Positions 45,067 through 59,472 of a stretch of 64,000 nucleotides of DNA are shown piece by piece. The translations under genes and the position numbers were made by a program. The stretch's first letter is position 1. The number at the start of each line of letters is the position of its first letter. Source of the DNA: the human T2T-CHM13v2.0 reference genome, Homo sapiens; assembly GCF_009914755.1 (NCBI RefSeq), contig NC_060937.1; one strand, 5' to 3'. The notes beneath the pieces are model-generated. The model was not told where the DNA came from. It saw only the letters and a list, made by a program, of their open reading frames with translations, and made no database searches.

Positions 45067-45538
45067 TTTGATGGTTAGTTTTATTTGTCAACTTGGCTAG
45101 GCCATAGAACCCAAATATTTGGTCAAACATTATTCTGCATATTTCTGTAACAGTGCTTTTATATGAGATTTATGTTTAAGTTGGTAGACTTTGAGTAAAG
45201 CTGATTTTCTTCAATAATATGGGTGACCCTCATTCAATCATTTAAATTTTTGAATAGAGCAAAAGACTGACCTTCCCTAAACAAGAAGGAATTTTTCACT
45301 TTCTCTGCAACACTAGCTTTTCCTGATTCTCCATCAGACTGTCTTTGGACTTGAACTACAACTCTTTTCTGAATCTCCAGTTGGCCAGCCTCCCCGATCA
45401 GATTTTGGACTTACCAAATCCCCACAGTCCTGTGAATCAGATTTCTTGAAGTCATTGTCTTCTCTTTTTGTCTCTCCCTCTCCATATTGATGCACACACC
45501 TGTTGGTTCTGTTTATCTGGAGAACCCTGACTAATACA
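45067..45538 (+). mobile_element. MLT2 (ERVL) solo LTR, MLT2C/D-like
   Basis: tgatggttagttttatttgtcaacttggctaggcc...gtagactttgagtaaagc...ttggttctgtttatctggagaaccctgactaataca. Confidence 0.88.
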
Positions 45539-47093
45539 GTTCTAATGAATGATTCCATTTATTTTCTAATTTACCAAGACTAGGGGAAAATCTTAGGCTT
45601 TTTTATTTTCTCAATTTTTAACAATCCAATCAATTCCAAAATTGTGTAATTTTTAATATCTCCTGAAAATTATTACAAATAATTTATTTCTCTATATCTA
45701 CTCTACATTTATCATGTATTCTCATAATTCCCAACATTGACATGTGACCTTTCCCTTGTCTAAAATGTGTTTTCAACCTTTTTTTACTGATTTTCTGCTA
45801 TTTGTTCTTCAAGTTTCATGGCAGACATGAATTTCTTAGGAAAGCATCTCCTGATAATCAACAGAGTAAATGATGCTCCTTTATCATCTTTTTTGCCATT
45901 CTCCTAATATCTCCACTTTTGCTTGACTGGTAACTTATCTGTGCTTTGGCTCTTTTGTAAGCTGTTAAAAGGATGGAATTCTGCCATGCATCTCCGAACC
46001 TTCAAGTTTAACTGGTGTCTGTGACAAAGCACATACTTCTGCATAGGCTGTTTAATGATGGTGGGGAAAGAAATATGGGATATTACATAGATGGATGATA
46101 AAGAACATCTAAGTTATTTAGGTATTATTTGAATTGAAACTCTGTGAAGATTTGAATTGTACAGTAGTGAACAGTGTGTTAATATGAGCCCTGTTTTATA
46201 GATTCCAATCCCAGCTCCAACATTAACTGTTGATTGTACTCCCTATGTCTCTATTCTCTTCATTGTATGGTAGGTATCATAGTAGTAGGGAACATGTTTT
46301 GCAACTCTTAAACTTGAAAATTTATCTATGGTAATTTTTCAAAGTATATCATATACTAAGATTAAGCAAAATGTATTAAATATGAGCATTGTTATAAAGG
46401 TCTTTGACCTTTTCTGGGTGCGTTTCACAGTAAATATGATACAAAATTGAGTGTAGCTGTCTTACTAATGTAGCTATACTTCTGACTCCCTGCATCTATT
46501 TGTATCTCTCTATTGTTAGCTTTCTTAGATACACAGTTTTTCTCCAACCCATCATAATATCTCTACCCTCCTGTACCTACTTATGTAGCTTTCTCTGCCT
46601 AGGACATTCTCCTCATTATAATACTCAGCACAGTTTATCATAAATATTTGCTTAAAGATTGTAATCTCTAGTAGAGTTAAGCTTTGTAAAGGCCTGTGAA
46701 TATTCTGTTAAAATATGGGATTATTGAATTTCATACTCTATATAATACATAATATATATACACAATGAATATTTTTAAATAAATTCACAAATATTTCACC
46801 CATTTGAGCAAAATGTTCATGTCCCTATATATCAGTGTTTGATAAACATAAAAACAATATATTATGGCTTTTTCCCTCTTTTATGATAGAATGTGATATT
46901 AGCAAGACATTTGATGAAATTTACAGCCAGAACATCTTCATTTCTTAGGTTAACAAAAAAAAAATAGAGAAACAATTTTCTCAATATATTTGGAAATATT
47001 TTATCTTGTCATTATAAATATCTTATCTTTGATAAAGAGTACACCTGAAGGATCAGGTGGTTAAAGAAGAACAACATTAAAAAAGTAATTATC

Positions 47094-47438
<345 letters not shown>

Positions 47439-48694
47439 TCATTATTGTAAGAGTTGTCTCTGCCTTTTTGGGGATATTTGTAACCTCCACTGAGACAGAG
47501 TCCTTGTTACTTCACTTCCTGACTGCTTTTCAAATGCCCTAACATCTTCACCTGTATGTTAGGAATGCATTCAGCCAAGGCTGACCTGCAGTTATGAAGT
47601 CAGACTCCAGTCTGACTAGTAGGCACTAGCCTACTCAAATCTCATGTCTATGTTTATCCACCCAAAATTATGTGATAATCAATAAAAACATTCATAACAT
47701 CCTTATTAGGTTAATGTTAAAATATTTTAACATTGATTTTGAACCTTTAAATGACTTGTTGCAGCACACTACATATAATACCTCTGATAAACTGAATTTT
47801 TAAGTTGAATCATATATAAGCACAAAATTTGGATATAATTTTATGGAGTAGGTATTTAATAGAATGTAATCTCTTGCCGAATATGTTTATCCTAAATACT
47901 GTGCCCCCCGTAATGCTAAAAATCATCAATCTTGTTTCTTTTACTGTCAATTGTAAAAGATGATATTGATTTAACAAGGAATGTTAAAATTCAAGAAAAA
48001 TGACAAAAAGTTCTGATTATAACATAAAATTGTTACTTTAAAGCATCAATTTTTTTTAATCTCCTAAGAAGTTCTACCATCTTCAAATGTATAAACGTTG
48101 TATACAAAGCACGTATACAGGTTTGTTAACATGATGCCTGGGAGTATTAAACAGATGCACACTGGCAGATGTAACATGAACAGGGTTAAAGGAGAGAAGA
48201 AATATCACAGTAGGTATATGTTGAAGACAAGTTATGTCAAGAAATGGTGTATAAAAGTAGAGTTACGTGACTTCTGAATCCAGCCATCTTTCAGAAGTCT
48301 GATTGCAGAAGAATAGAAACTCTTACACATTTTTAACATAATTCATAGAAAATAACAAGTAACAAGGGATATAAGACAAATTGTTTTCTGCATGTCAAGT
48401 AGTGTTCACAGGACTGAAGAGTACATTTTTACTATGTCCAATTCCTGATAGGTTATTTACAATTTCACTCATTTGCTTCTCACTCAAAAAATGTTATTAG
48501 AATCTGAGTATAAAAAATATTTTCTTATGGAATAATAGTAAATAAATTTGAATTCATATTTGAATAATAAATTTTAAAATCTAATTCATTTTTGACATTA
48601 TAACCATAGTAATAGGAAAAATTCATAACATGGTCTTTTGAGGTAAAATCAATAATAATGGTAATCATTATTTTCATCCTCATCACCTCTGTGA

Positions 48695-48922
48695 CAGAGT
48701 TTCTCAATCTGGGCTCTACTGACACTTTGTTCTCATTATTATTTTATAAGTTGCGGTATCTTGCTATCTTGTGCGTTATAGGACGTTTAGCAACCTCCCT
48801 ACCTTCTATCCACTTAGATACTAAAAGCATGATCTCTTCCCATTGTGACAATCAAATTATCTGCAGACATTGCTAAAAGTCACCTGAAGGTGCCAAATTA
48901 ATCTTGGCTGAGGGTACCACTG
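48695..48922. mobile_element. MER20 DNA transposon (hAT-Charlie, non-autonomous)
   Basis: cagagtttctcaatct...ggacgtttagcaacctccct...ttgtgacaatcaaattatctgcagacattgc...accactg, with 8-bp flanks ctctgtga/ctctagag. Confidence 0.85.
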
Positions 48923-49312
48923 CTCTAGAGAAAGCTTCCTGGAAGCTCTGAAATTGTTTCTCAAAACTATCTCTATCTGACACTATTAAAACTTTACCCA
49001 ACGTCTCCACCAACTTCTACAACTTTGGTCCCACTAATACAAAGAAAAGCACTTTTTCCAAATCAGTTCTTCAGATTTGAGGAGAGCCATTATCACCATA
49101 TTTGAAATTGTTTCTTATGTTAAAAATCCATTGCTATGTATGCTGCCATTTATTTATTTCATACTATTCTTACATCAGAAATTGAAAAAGAAAATAACTT
49201 TTCAAATATATTTCAAATTTTTATATTGACTTGAAATCAGAATATTTTACTGGATAATTTTGACCTAAGAACACAATTTTTCTCATACCATTCTTTATAA
49301 TTATAAAATATT

Positions 49313-49584
<272 letters not shown>

Positions 49585-52500
49585 CTTATATATACACATA
49601 CATATACACATATATACATATACACATAATTTATATATATAAATTATATCTTTTTATAATTTAACCTGATTTAATTAGAATTTAGTGTAGTCTTATATTT
49701 TGAACATATGAGCTTACACTATTAGTTTATGCCACATTTGATTGGAAGCTCTAGGGAAGCCATGAAACTAATTGAACAAAAGTTACCATACAGAGCAACA
49801 TGGAAGATTACTATATTTTAATTTTTTATGGTAATATACTCTATCAATGATGGTGCTCCTCCTCCCTTATCAGCCACAGAAGATTCAAATGAGCTGCCCA
49901 CCTCTGATTTTGGAGGTGGACATTTCAACAGATTTACCTCTGCTAAAGGGTATCATATATGAGGTGCAATTAGAGCAAATGGAAGGTTCATTGATCTCTG
50001 CCTGAGTGGGTCAGGAAAGATACAATGGAGCTGAATTTGGTTGAATGAATAAGAATGCATCAATGACAGATTGTTAATGACCCATTAACTTATTCACACC
50101 AGAAAAAAACATATTGCATAATGACATAATCAATATGTTTCTGAATTACTGAAATATGTTCTGGTAGGCATTGCTCCAAAGAAGAGCAAGTGATCATAAT
50201 TCATTTGCTTTATTTGGATTCCCCAATATCAAAATGTCTACATTGAAAAAACAGTTAGTGATCAAGATGCATTAGAAAGTCTCTTCATCAAATTTCAGCC
50301 ATTTTCTAATGCTTCTGCCAACATGTTAACAGATTTTTATATGGAGGTGGATACTGGTGGTGGAAGATTCCTCCAGAATGTCTCAACATTTCTGCAATCA
50401 CTTCCTCCCAGCTGAACAAAATGTTTAAGGTTAGTTGCTTGGGTTTTCTCCTGTTAATGCCAGTTGCTCTTGTTTTTACATTCACATACATTTGTTAACT
50501 ATTTTATAAACAAATTACCATATAAAATAATAATTTTGTCTATGAAGACCTTGAAAAACAATAAAGGGAAATTACTAAAGCCTCTTGGTGGCTATGAGTG
50601 GATGAGATGACTGTAAAAGGGTGGCAGCCTAAAAGGATTATAGGCTCAGATTGTTTGCCATAAATTTATGTTCATTCTCAGTTTTTTAGAATAAAATATG
50701 AAATTTCTGAGTATGACTTATGCAAAATTAACCACTCAAAACTCCAACTTATGCAGGTAGAGAAACTCATACATAAAAAGTCTTTGGTACCACTTTTAAA
50801 ATTAGAGAAGAGAATGAACACTATACACTTTAAATAAACAAAAATAATGATTAAGCATCACCTTTTAAGTTTCAATTACAATTATATTTTTTATTAACTT
50901 ACCTGTTCTTGAGTGAAAATCTTCAGTTAAAACATGCTTCTATTTTATATGTTTGTTACCTATTGTGATTTTCAAGGTATAAACGGTATACAAATAATGA
51001 AATTTGACATGATGCTGTAGAATTCTAGAACGTTTTCTGAAAATACTGAGAAATAATAATTTTGTGGACTTTCAGGTTTGGTTGGATCACTTAATGTGAA
51101 ATCCCATCCAATGTTTCAATAGGATCTGTAGACAGCTCGCCTGCCTCTTTAAAAGTCATTTATTTTTGTGTGTTTAGATTAGTAGTATATATTTTTTTTG
51201 GAAAATTTAGATGAAATACAATAATATGAAGGCTTTACATTAGGGTACCCTACAAATGTAAACAGTAGCTCAGTTTCTTTAAAAGAATAGACTCTAATAA
51301 CTGTAACCCCTACCTAGAAGTACTAGAAAATTTTTTGTATATTCAAGACAGTTGAATAATCATTTTCATTGTAATGCTATTGACTATTATCAGGCTATGC
51401 GACCTGAGAATTATATTTTAATAATGATTTTTTAGTTTTGTTACTGAGTGAATTGTTATCATTAGGAAATTCAGTTTATAAGAATGAACATAGCTTTTCC
51501 CTTGAAGTCATTTGAATTAATGATGCACTGTGAATTATTGAAACAGGTGTTTGTTTTTATAACTTAATTTTCCAAAAGGGGGAAGTACAAATAATCATCA
51601 CAAAATAACAACCTGTGATGGCTTTACACAGCTGTATTTCTCCCATTTTCAAGGGCATTGGGAGCCATTCTTTTATTTCTGACCATCTGCAAACCCCACT
51701 TAGGGTCATAAGCAAGTGTTACGCATTCTCTGGCATAATATCTTTCTTTCAAGAAACAGTAATTAAGTTAGGATTAAGAAAGTAAGAAGAAAATACTTAT
51801 AAGGGCTCTTTACACCCACCTGATTTGTACAATGAGAAATTTTATAAAAACATGAAAAAATTCTCCAAGAATAAGTTGTTTTTTGTCTTCAAGGCCCTTC
51901 AAATATAGTTACCATAAGAAGTTTTTGTTCTGATTTGTTTTACAGAAATGTTACCAGAGCTGTTATTAAGAAGGGAAATATAGAGCTGCACCGGTAAAGA
52001 GTAGAAAAGGTCGCTCTTTTTCCGATTTGCCATTATTTATAACATGGCAAGGATCCAAGGTTGAAGAGTACTGTGAAGGCTGTGGACATCCAGCTTGCTG
52101 TGAAATCTTTCTCTGATCTTAGGTGAAACATCGTTTCTTCACTTATCTTTACCCAGACATTTCATAATTTGGTTTCTCATTTTAAACTCCCATTTCTTGA
52201 AATACATTGTAAAGATGTTGTTTTATATTATTGTATAATTTAGTTTATGAACATGTAGAGAAGTTTTCTCTACTTTTAATCTCCTGAGAACACAAGAGTC
52301 AAATAGTTATTTTTAAATGATTAAGGCTATTAAAGTAAGATTAATATAAAATCTACCATAACACCAAATCTTATTTTAGCCAATAACTGCCATTTGCTTT
52401 TCTGAATCCATAGTTGCATTAAAAGCAGTTGTTGGTGAATTCAAATTTCACCCTCTTTCCTTTTATTACTTCACTTACTGAGGTGTGTGTAGAAAGATAA

Positions 52501-52950
52501 TGAAGTTTTTATTGTAACTGGAAGCTAAATCATGAGCCATACAATAAAGATTTTTTTGGAAAAAAGTAACTAAATCAACATTGTTATTTTAATGCAATTA
52601 TATTATTGCAAAAAATAAATTCCACTATATTCTTATGTTCTTATTTTAATAAATTATACATTTTTTCTGCTCTCCTGCACTTGAAACCTTTAGCTTCTGT
52701 AATGGTTAATTTTATGTGTCTTCTTGGAGGGTGTTTTCGGATGAGATTAACATTTAAATTGGTAGACTTTGTATAAAGCGATTGCTCTTCATAATATAGG
52801 TAGAACTCATCCAGTCAGTTAAACCCCTGACTAGAACAAAAAGACAGGTCTTCCCAATCCAGAGGGAATTCTCCAAGAGACGCTTACGAAGGACCACAGC
52901 TGAGACATTAGCATTTCTCATCCTCCTGCTGACCCACATTACAGACTTTG

Positions 52951-54104
52951 CTTTACAGTGTTGGAGCTTTCTGCTGAGATATCCACAAGCTCAGAGATTC
53001 TTTCCTTAGCATTGTCCAGTCTACTAATAATCACATCAAAGCACTCTTCATTTCTACTAGTGATTTTTTTTCTCTAGCATTTCTTTATTGTTCATTCTTA
53101 CAATTTCCATCTCTCGGCTTAGATTGTCCATCTGTTTTTGCATGCTGTCTACTTTATTCAGTAACATATTAACAATACTTGGTTTGAATTACCAGCATGA
53201 CAATTCCAACATTCCTATGATATCTGAGTCTAGTTCTGGTGCTTGCACTGTCTTCAAACTTTGGTTTTTGCCTTTTAGCATGTCCTGGAATTGTGTGTGT
53301 GTGTGTGTGTGAGTGTGTGTGTGTGCGTGTGTATGTGTGTGTGTGTGATGCTAGACATGATGTACAGGGAAAAGGGGAGTGCTGTAAATAGTCCTTTAGT
53401 AAGTAATGTGGTGGTAAGGTCTTGGGGAAGGGCAAGCATTCTATAGTTCTATGTTTAGGTCTCAGTCTCTTATTGACCCTGTGCTGCTGCTTCTCAGTTC
53501 TTCTGTTTCCCAAGTGGAGGGTGGGAAAGAACAGCTAGAGTGGGCTGGATTTGAAGATTTCCCTTCCCCCCAGGTCAGATAGACTCTGATAAAAACCCTA
53601 GCAGGATAAGCTTTGGTTAGTTTCTCCTGAGGGCAGACCTTGTAAAAAAGAACAGAATGTTCTGGCATATTTCGAACTGGTTTCTTTTTCCTTCTATCTG
53701 TTAGAAGCACATGAAGAATTTTCTTTGATATTCATTGTGAGAAACTGGTAGAGCTCCAGGAGGTAAAACTCAAAAAGATGTACTCAACGGCATCACCGGA
53801 CCCCCTGAGTTTTTCTCTTTTGTCTGCACTGAACGTCTAGGCAGTCATCAATTACATTTAGGTTTCTCTACCCCAGCACTGGTTCCCAAGGAATTTTGTG
53901 CTTGTGGGTTTCTGCTCTGTCAGGTTGTGATTCTCTGTATGTCTCTGTTGAACTCTCTAATTTTGGGGCAGCAGTTTTTCCTTTGACCTCCAAGTCTCTT
54001 ATATTTATAAGAAAAGCTGTTGCTTTTTTCCAGTTTGTTCAGCATTTTACTTGTTAGGATGAAATAGCTACTTCCAAGCTTCTTAAATACTGGACCAGAA
54101 ATTG
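52951..54104 (-). mobile_element. Old L1 5' end (L1MC/L1MD-type 5'UTR plus start of ORF1) inserted in MLT2
   Basis: caagctcagagattctttcctt...tccagtctactaat...acaattccaacatt...tatctgagtctagttctg, ending acttccaagcttcttaaatactggaccagaaa. Flanked by duplicated cc(c/t)acatta(ca)gactttg. Confidence 0.7.
53293..53347. repeat. Interrupted (TG)n microsatellite
   Basis: Read directly. Confidence 0.93.
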
Positions 54105-54175
54105 CCTACATTAGACTTTGGAATTGCTGGCCTCCATAGTCACATGAGCCAATTCCTTATAATACATTTTTTTCT

Positions 54176-54479
<304 letters not shown>

Positions 54480-55895
54480 TTATATAAATATGTTATATGT
54501 AAAACAAATAAATATATTTTATATATATGTTATGTTTGTTCAGTTTTATATTGAGTCTACTTCTCTATAAAAAACTTTTTTAAATTTAAAAGACATTTGA
54601 ATTTGAACTTTTTATAATAATGTTAATTCTTTCAGTTATACAGTAGAATTGAAATGGAGCCAATATACTAATTTTGTCCAACATTTCAGCTCTTTAAATT
54701 TTATATCAAGGAGAACTCAAAGTTTATTACTTATTATCCTTAAAATACAATACTGCTTCTAACAAAGTAGAAAAATCATTGCTTCCAAAAACTGGGCCAC
54801 TGCCATTTTGATAGTGATGACTATGTTATGGTTTTTCCTTTCTCTATTATACAAACAGATCTTTTCCACTCAAGAAATTACCAAATCTATTAGGATTTTC
54901 AGTAGTGTGTTTAATATAACAGTTTGTATACTCCATATTATTTTGCTCAATTTTGCAATTATTAACATACAGATACCAATTCTGATCCTTCTCTTTGAGA
55001 AAACTGCTATGAAATTTTAATCAAAAGCTATTTAACCTGATTTTGTCATTGTCTGTTTATATCATCTTTCAAATATAAGCACTATTAAGACTATATGCTC
55101 CATTCACTACAACTTTAAAGGTGTCTTTTCTTGCATGGTGGACACCTTAGTGTTTTGGTGCAGTAAGTCCCAGGAGTTGCTGCCAATGTGTTACAGTTTC
55201 TTTTTTTATGAAGCTAAATGAAAAAGTTAATGGTGACATAGTAAATTATTTATGTATTTAAAGTGTTACATCTTAGAAGTCTTATTCTGAGATCATGACT
55301 TTCCTACTCTTTAGTGGTGAATTATATAGAAGATTGTATATTAGATTTGAGAGGCTGCTCTTTGTTTTGCCCCATTTCAAACATTTGCTTTGCAAAAAAT
55401 AAAAAGTTGTACTTCATATATTAGAATATCTTTTTGAAAAAAACTTTTTATTGTTCTATTTTGTAAAATTGAAAAGTATGGAGATAACTCATTTGAAATA
55501 TACATTGTTTATATTTTAATATTAAACTTTAAAATGTGTTTGAAATTTAAAATGATTTTATCAAATAAAGTAGCCGGCAATATAAACTCCAAACCAAATC
55601 GAACTTTTTGAAAATGCTATTTTTAAAAAATTTTTAAACTGCAAGGATTGATGCTATTATCTGCCATCTTGACACAAACTAGCATAACTCTCTGAGTTGT
55701 GCATGTGTTGGCTCTGATGCTTTTGAAAAAATTACATAAAAGTCCTTCTCCATATCAAGGAACCATAGTCTGTTGAAAAGAGCTAAAGTTAATGAATTAA
55801 TAATTGCATAGGGGCCGTGAATTATGAAACTGATTTCTGAATTCAGGTTACATGTAGAGTTAAAGAAAAAACAAACACAAATAGAAATTTAAGTG

Positions 55896-56192
55896 CAGTA
55901 GTCCCCCTTTATCCAAAGTTTCACTTTCTATAGTTTCAGTGACATACAGAAAGTTACTACAGAAAAATTTTGAACCACTGCCTGAAAATATTAAAAGGAA
56001 AATTCCAGGAATAAACAATTCATACGTTTTAAATTGTGTGCCCTTCGGAGTAGCGTCACGAAATCCTGCACTATCCCTCTTGGGCTGTGAATTACTCCTT
56101 TGTCCAGTTTATCCACACTGTATGCACTACCCATCCATTAGTCACTTAACAGCCATCTTAGTTACCAGATTGAAAAAGCCATGTATATATAT

Positions 56193-56226
<34 letters not shown>

Positions 56227-56337
56227 GGGTATATCTATATCTATATCTATATATATATATGGCTTCCTACTATCCAGGGTTTCAGCCATCCATGGGAGGT
56301 CTTGGAATATATACACTGAGAGAGATAAGGACTACTG
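55896..56337 (+). mobile_element. MER44A DNA transposon (TcMar-Tigger, non-autonomous) containing a (TAGA)n/(TA)n repeat
   Basis: TIRs cagtagtcc...ggactactg; internal gaaaatattaaaaggaaaattccaggaataaacaattcata...ttagtcactta. Confidence 0.88.
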
Positions 56338-57149
56338 TTAATTTTTTAACAGTTCTTCTTTCTATTAAGTAACTGGAATGTGCCAAGCAGCCAGACAACT
56401 TGGCACTTGTTACCTTCAACCTCAAATGACCAAGACAAATAGATATTATTAACCCACATTTAACAGTTGGAAAATTTGAAACTCTGGAGATTAATTTCCT
56501 GCACTATAACGTAGCTAAGATATGACAAAGAAAAGATTCCACATAGGACCACAAAGCTTCAAATGTAATGATTCTTAGAGACATCAATTTTAAAAATTTT
56601 GAGTTTGTATCAGTAGTCTACTTCACGTGTTTTAGAATTTTGTCATTTATATCTGAAAATATATTAATATGATTAATATATTTTGTAATTCCCCAACCCT
56701 TGCTAATATAAATTGTTTTATGTGACAAAATAGTAAATGCTTCTACTCCTGCTATCACTATTTCTGGGGTAATCACATAGAATATAAAAAGTAATCAAAT
56801 CATAAACATTGTGTTCATATTGACTGATTACATTTGGATTAAGAAAACTTTATGCCTAATTCTGGACTTTTTTACATGTCATAATTGAGAGAAAACAATA
56901 TTTCATAATCAGTGCTAATATTGCATATATGAGTATTCCTTGGGGGTTTTTTTTGGCTGTGCACTTTTTTCTGTTTATTTCTCATTTATTTGGCCGACAT
57001 TTTTATTTTTATATTCCAGTTCTGATATTTCTGATTCATCAATCATGTCTCATTTCTTCTACTTACATTTCGTAGACATCTAGAGTGCTGTTTAATAGCA
57101 ATTGATATGTGTATTTGATAATTACCTCTAGCTTATCTCTATTAATTAC

Positions 57150-57370
57150 TAAATGGGATATTGGGAAAGATACTTGATTTATAAAGCACTCAATCTCATC
57201 AATAAATGGAGAAAATCAAAGTACTTATTTCATAAGGCTGTTATGAGAACTAAATTAGAAAATATATTTAGAGGTTAGTTCAGTCTGTGGCACATTCTGT
57301 TTAATGTATGTTAGCAATACTCAGTTGTTGCTGTATTGTGGCACTCAGTGCTTAATATATAACAGCAATT
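57150..57370 (+). mobile_element. MIR SINE fragment
   Basis: ctcatcaataaatggag...gtacttatttcataaggctgttatgagaactaaatt...tgtggcacat matches the MIR core and 3' part. Confidence 0.6.
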
Positions 57371-57689
57371 GTTTTGTTCCATGGTAATTTGTAGATCTCT
57401 TTCAAGATCACTGCAAGACACTATACTTACCAGGGCTGATGCACATGGCCACTCAAGCTTTACAGTGTGAAAGTCTAGGAAACATCTTTCACATAGATTT
57501 TAATATGGATGATGCTGACTGAAGTAGTACAATGCAATGGTCCCTGAATCTAGTCAGCTTGCAACAGAATAAAATCAGAAACATTTCAACTCTATATTAT
57601 ATTTTCCCTCTAAGTCACTCATACCTAACATGACAGTGTTAGTTGCCTATTCAGATAGCATTTCTTTTTTTTTTCTTGCCAAAAATAAT

Positions 57690-59472
57690 CTAGATGTAAT
57701 TCAGGTATGTCTGAAGGTGCTATGTTCAGGAAAAATGGGCCTCTTCCTAGTCTCACAGGATGAGTGATGGTTGAACTAAATGAAGTACAACAATCTTATT
57801 CCCCTGTGTCAGTAATAGATTTAAGGGGATTGACAAGTGACGCATTTCTGGCCTATGATATATTAGGCTGTTAGGCTGGGTGGTCTGATGGAAAATGTTT
57901 TCTACTGTGACTAAAAAATGTGTAGAGAGACACTCTCCTTTTGTTTGTTTGGAGGAAGTTATGTAAGCAAGAGTGTCCTGCAGATGAAGTAGCCATAGTA
58001 TTTTATTTTTACCTGTTTAGAACTATTATTATTTACGTATTTTTATTTATAAATGACACATAATTGTCCATATTTATGGGACACAATACAATGGTTCAGT
58101 GCATGTATACATTGCATAATGATCAAATGGGGTAATTACCATATCCATCACTTTAAACATCATTTCGTTGTGGTGACAATATTCAAAACCTTCTCTTCCA
58201 GCTACATTGAAATATATAATACATTGTTGTTTGCTAGTATTGTTACCCTACTGTATAATAGACCACCAAAACTTATCCTTCCTAATTGTGACAGTTTACC
58301 CATTGAACAACTTTTCACTGTTCCCCCGTCCCCACCCCTCTCCAGCCTCTGGCAACCGCAACTCTATTCTCTACTTCTATGAAATCAACTTTTAAATTTC
58401 CACATGAGTGAGATTATATGGTATTTGCCCTTCTATGCTTGGCTTATTTCACTTAACATAATGTCCTCTAGTTTTATCCATGTTGCTGCAAAAAGTAGAA
58501 TTCCATTCTGTTTTATGGCTGAATAATATTCCGTTGCATATATAGACCACATTTTCTTTATCCATTGATCTGTAATGGGCATTTAGGTTGATTCCATATT
58601 TTGGCTATCATGAATAGTCAAATACTAATAAATAAATAGTAATAAACGTTGGTGTACAGATGTCTCTTTGACATCTTGTTCTCATTTCCTTTGGATATAT
58701 ACCCAGTAATGGGACTGCTGAATTGTATGGTGGTTCTATTTTTTTTTTTTTAGAAATCTCCATATAGCTTTTTATAATGGCTGTATTAATTTACATTCCT
58801 TCCAAGAGTGTATAAGGGGACCCTTTTATCCATGTCCTTACCAGCATTTTTTATTTTTTGTCTTTTTGATCATAGCCATTCTAACTAAGATGAGGGGTAA
58901 TGGCATTGTAATTTTAATATGCATTTCTCTGATGATTACTAATGTTCAGCATTTTTTCCTGTATCTGCTGACCACTTGTGTATCTTCTTTAGGAAAATGT
59001 CTATTCAGGTTTTTAGCCCATTTATCAATCAGGTTTTTGGGGTTTTTTTTGTTTGTTTGTTTGTTTGCTCTTAAGTTGTTTGAGTTCCTAATATACTCTG
59101 GATATTAACCCCTTGTCAGATACATAGTTTGCAAATACTTTCTTCCATTTCATAGGCTCTCTTCACTTTATGGTTTTCTTTGCGGTGCATAAACCTTCAC
59201 CAATCTGGATGTGGAAGGAACACACTTCAACACAATAAAGGCCATATACAACAAACCCACAGCTAACATCATACTGAAGTAGCCATTTTAATCATGAGCC
59301 AGCAAGCCAGTGGATAAAATAAGAGATTTGGGGCCTAGCTAAATGCCAGTGTAGAGAATCCAAATGTACTGAATGAAATTATTCAGAAGTAGTAGCATCT
59401 ATTTTCCATTTACTGTTATCCACAGTTTTGGTTGAGCTTTCTATTAATTGCATGTGAAAACATTCTAATACA
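57690..59472 (+). mobile_element. LTR16-like (ERVL) LTR split by an L1MA insertion (57690-57996 and 59275-59472)
   Basis: tcttattcccctgtgtcagtaatagatttaagg...agtgacgcatttctggcctatga, with tail ttttggttgagctttctattaattgcatgtgaaaacattctaat. Confidence 0.55.
57997..59274 (-). mobile_element. L1MA (L1MA4/5-like) 3' end with 5' inversion and 12-bp TSD
   Basis: Antisense 3'UTR/ORF2 spans about 58020-59195, then a sense-orientation ORF2 piece spans about 59191-59278. TSD tgaagtagccat at 57985-57996 and 59275-59286. Confidence 0.87.

Larger units (their letters stand above)
52698..54165 (+). mobile_element. MLT2D-like LTR split into 52698-52950 and 54105-54165
   Basis: tgtaatggttaattttatgtgtc...gatgagattaacatttaaattggtagactttg, resuming gactttggaattgctggcctccatagtcacatgagccaattcctt. 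Confidence 0.82.

Noticed and set aside
48695-48922. MER20 as an endometrial enhancer or insulator
   Set aside because: The association is at family level only. This copy is diverged and nothing in the sequence shows activity.
51900-52130. Possible exon: acceptor-like tttgttttacag at ~51945 with donor-like gtaaag or gtgaaa downstream; similar sites at ~8326 and ~15977
   Set aside because: Such motifs are frequent by chance in T-rich DNA. There is no convincing reading frame or exon chain, and RNA data would be needed.
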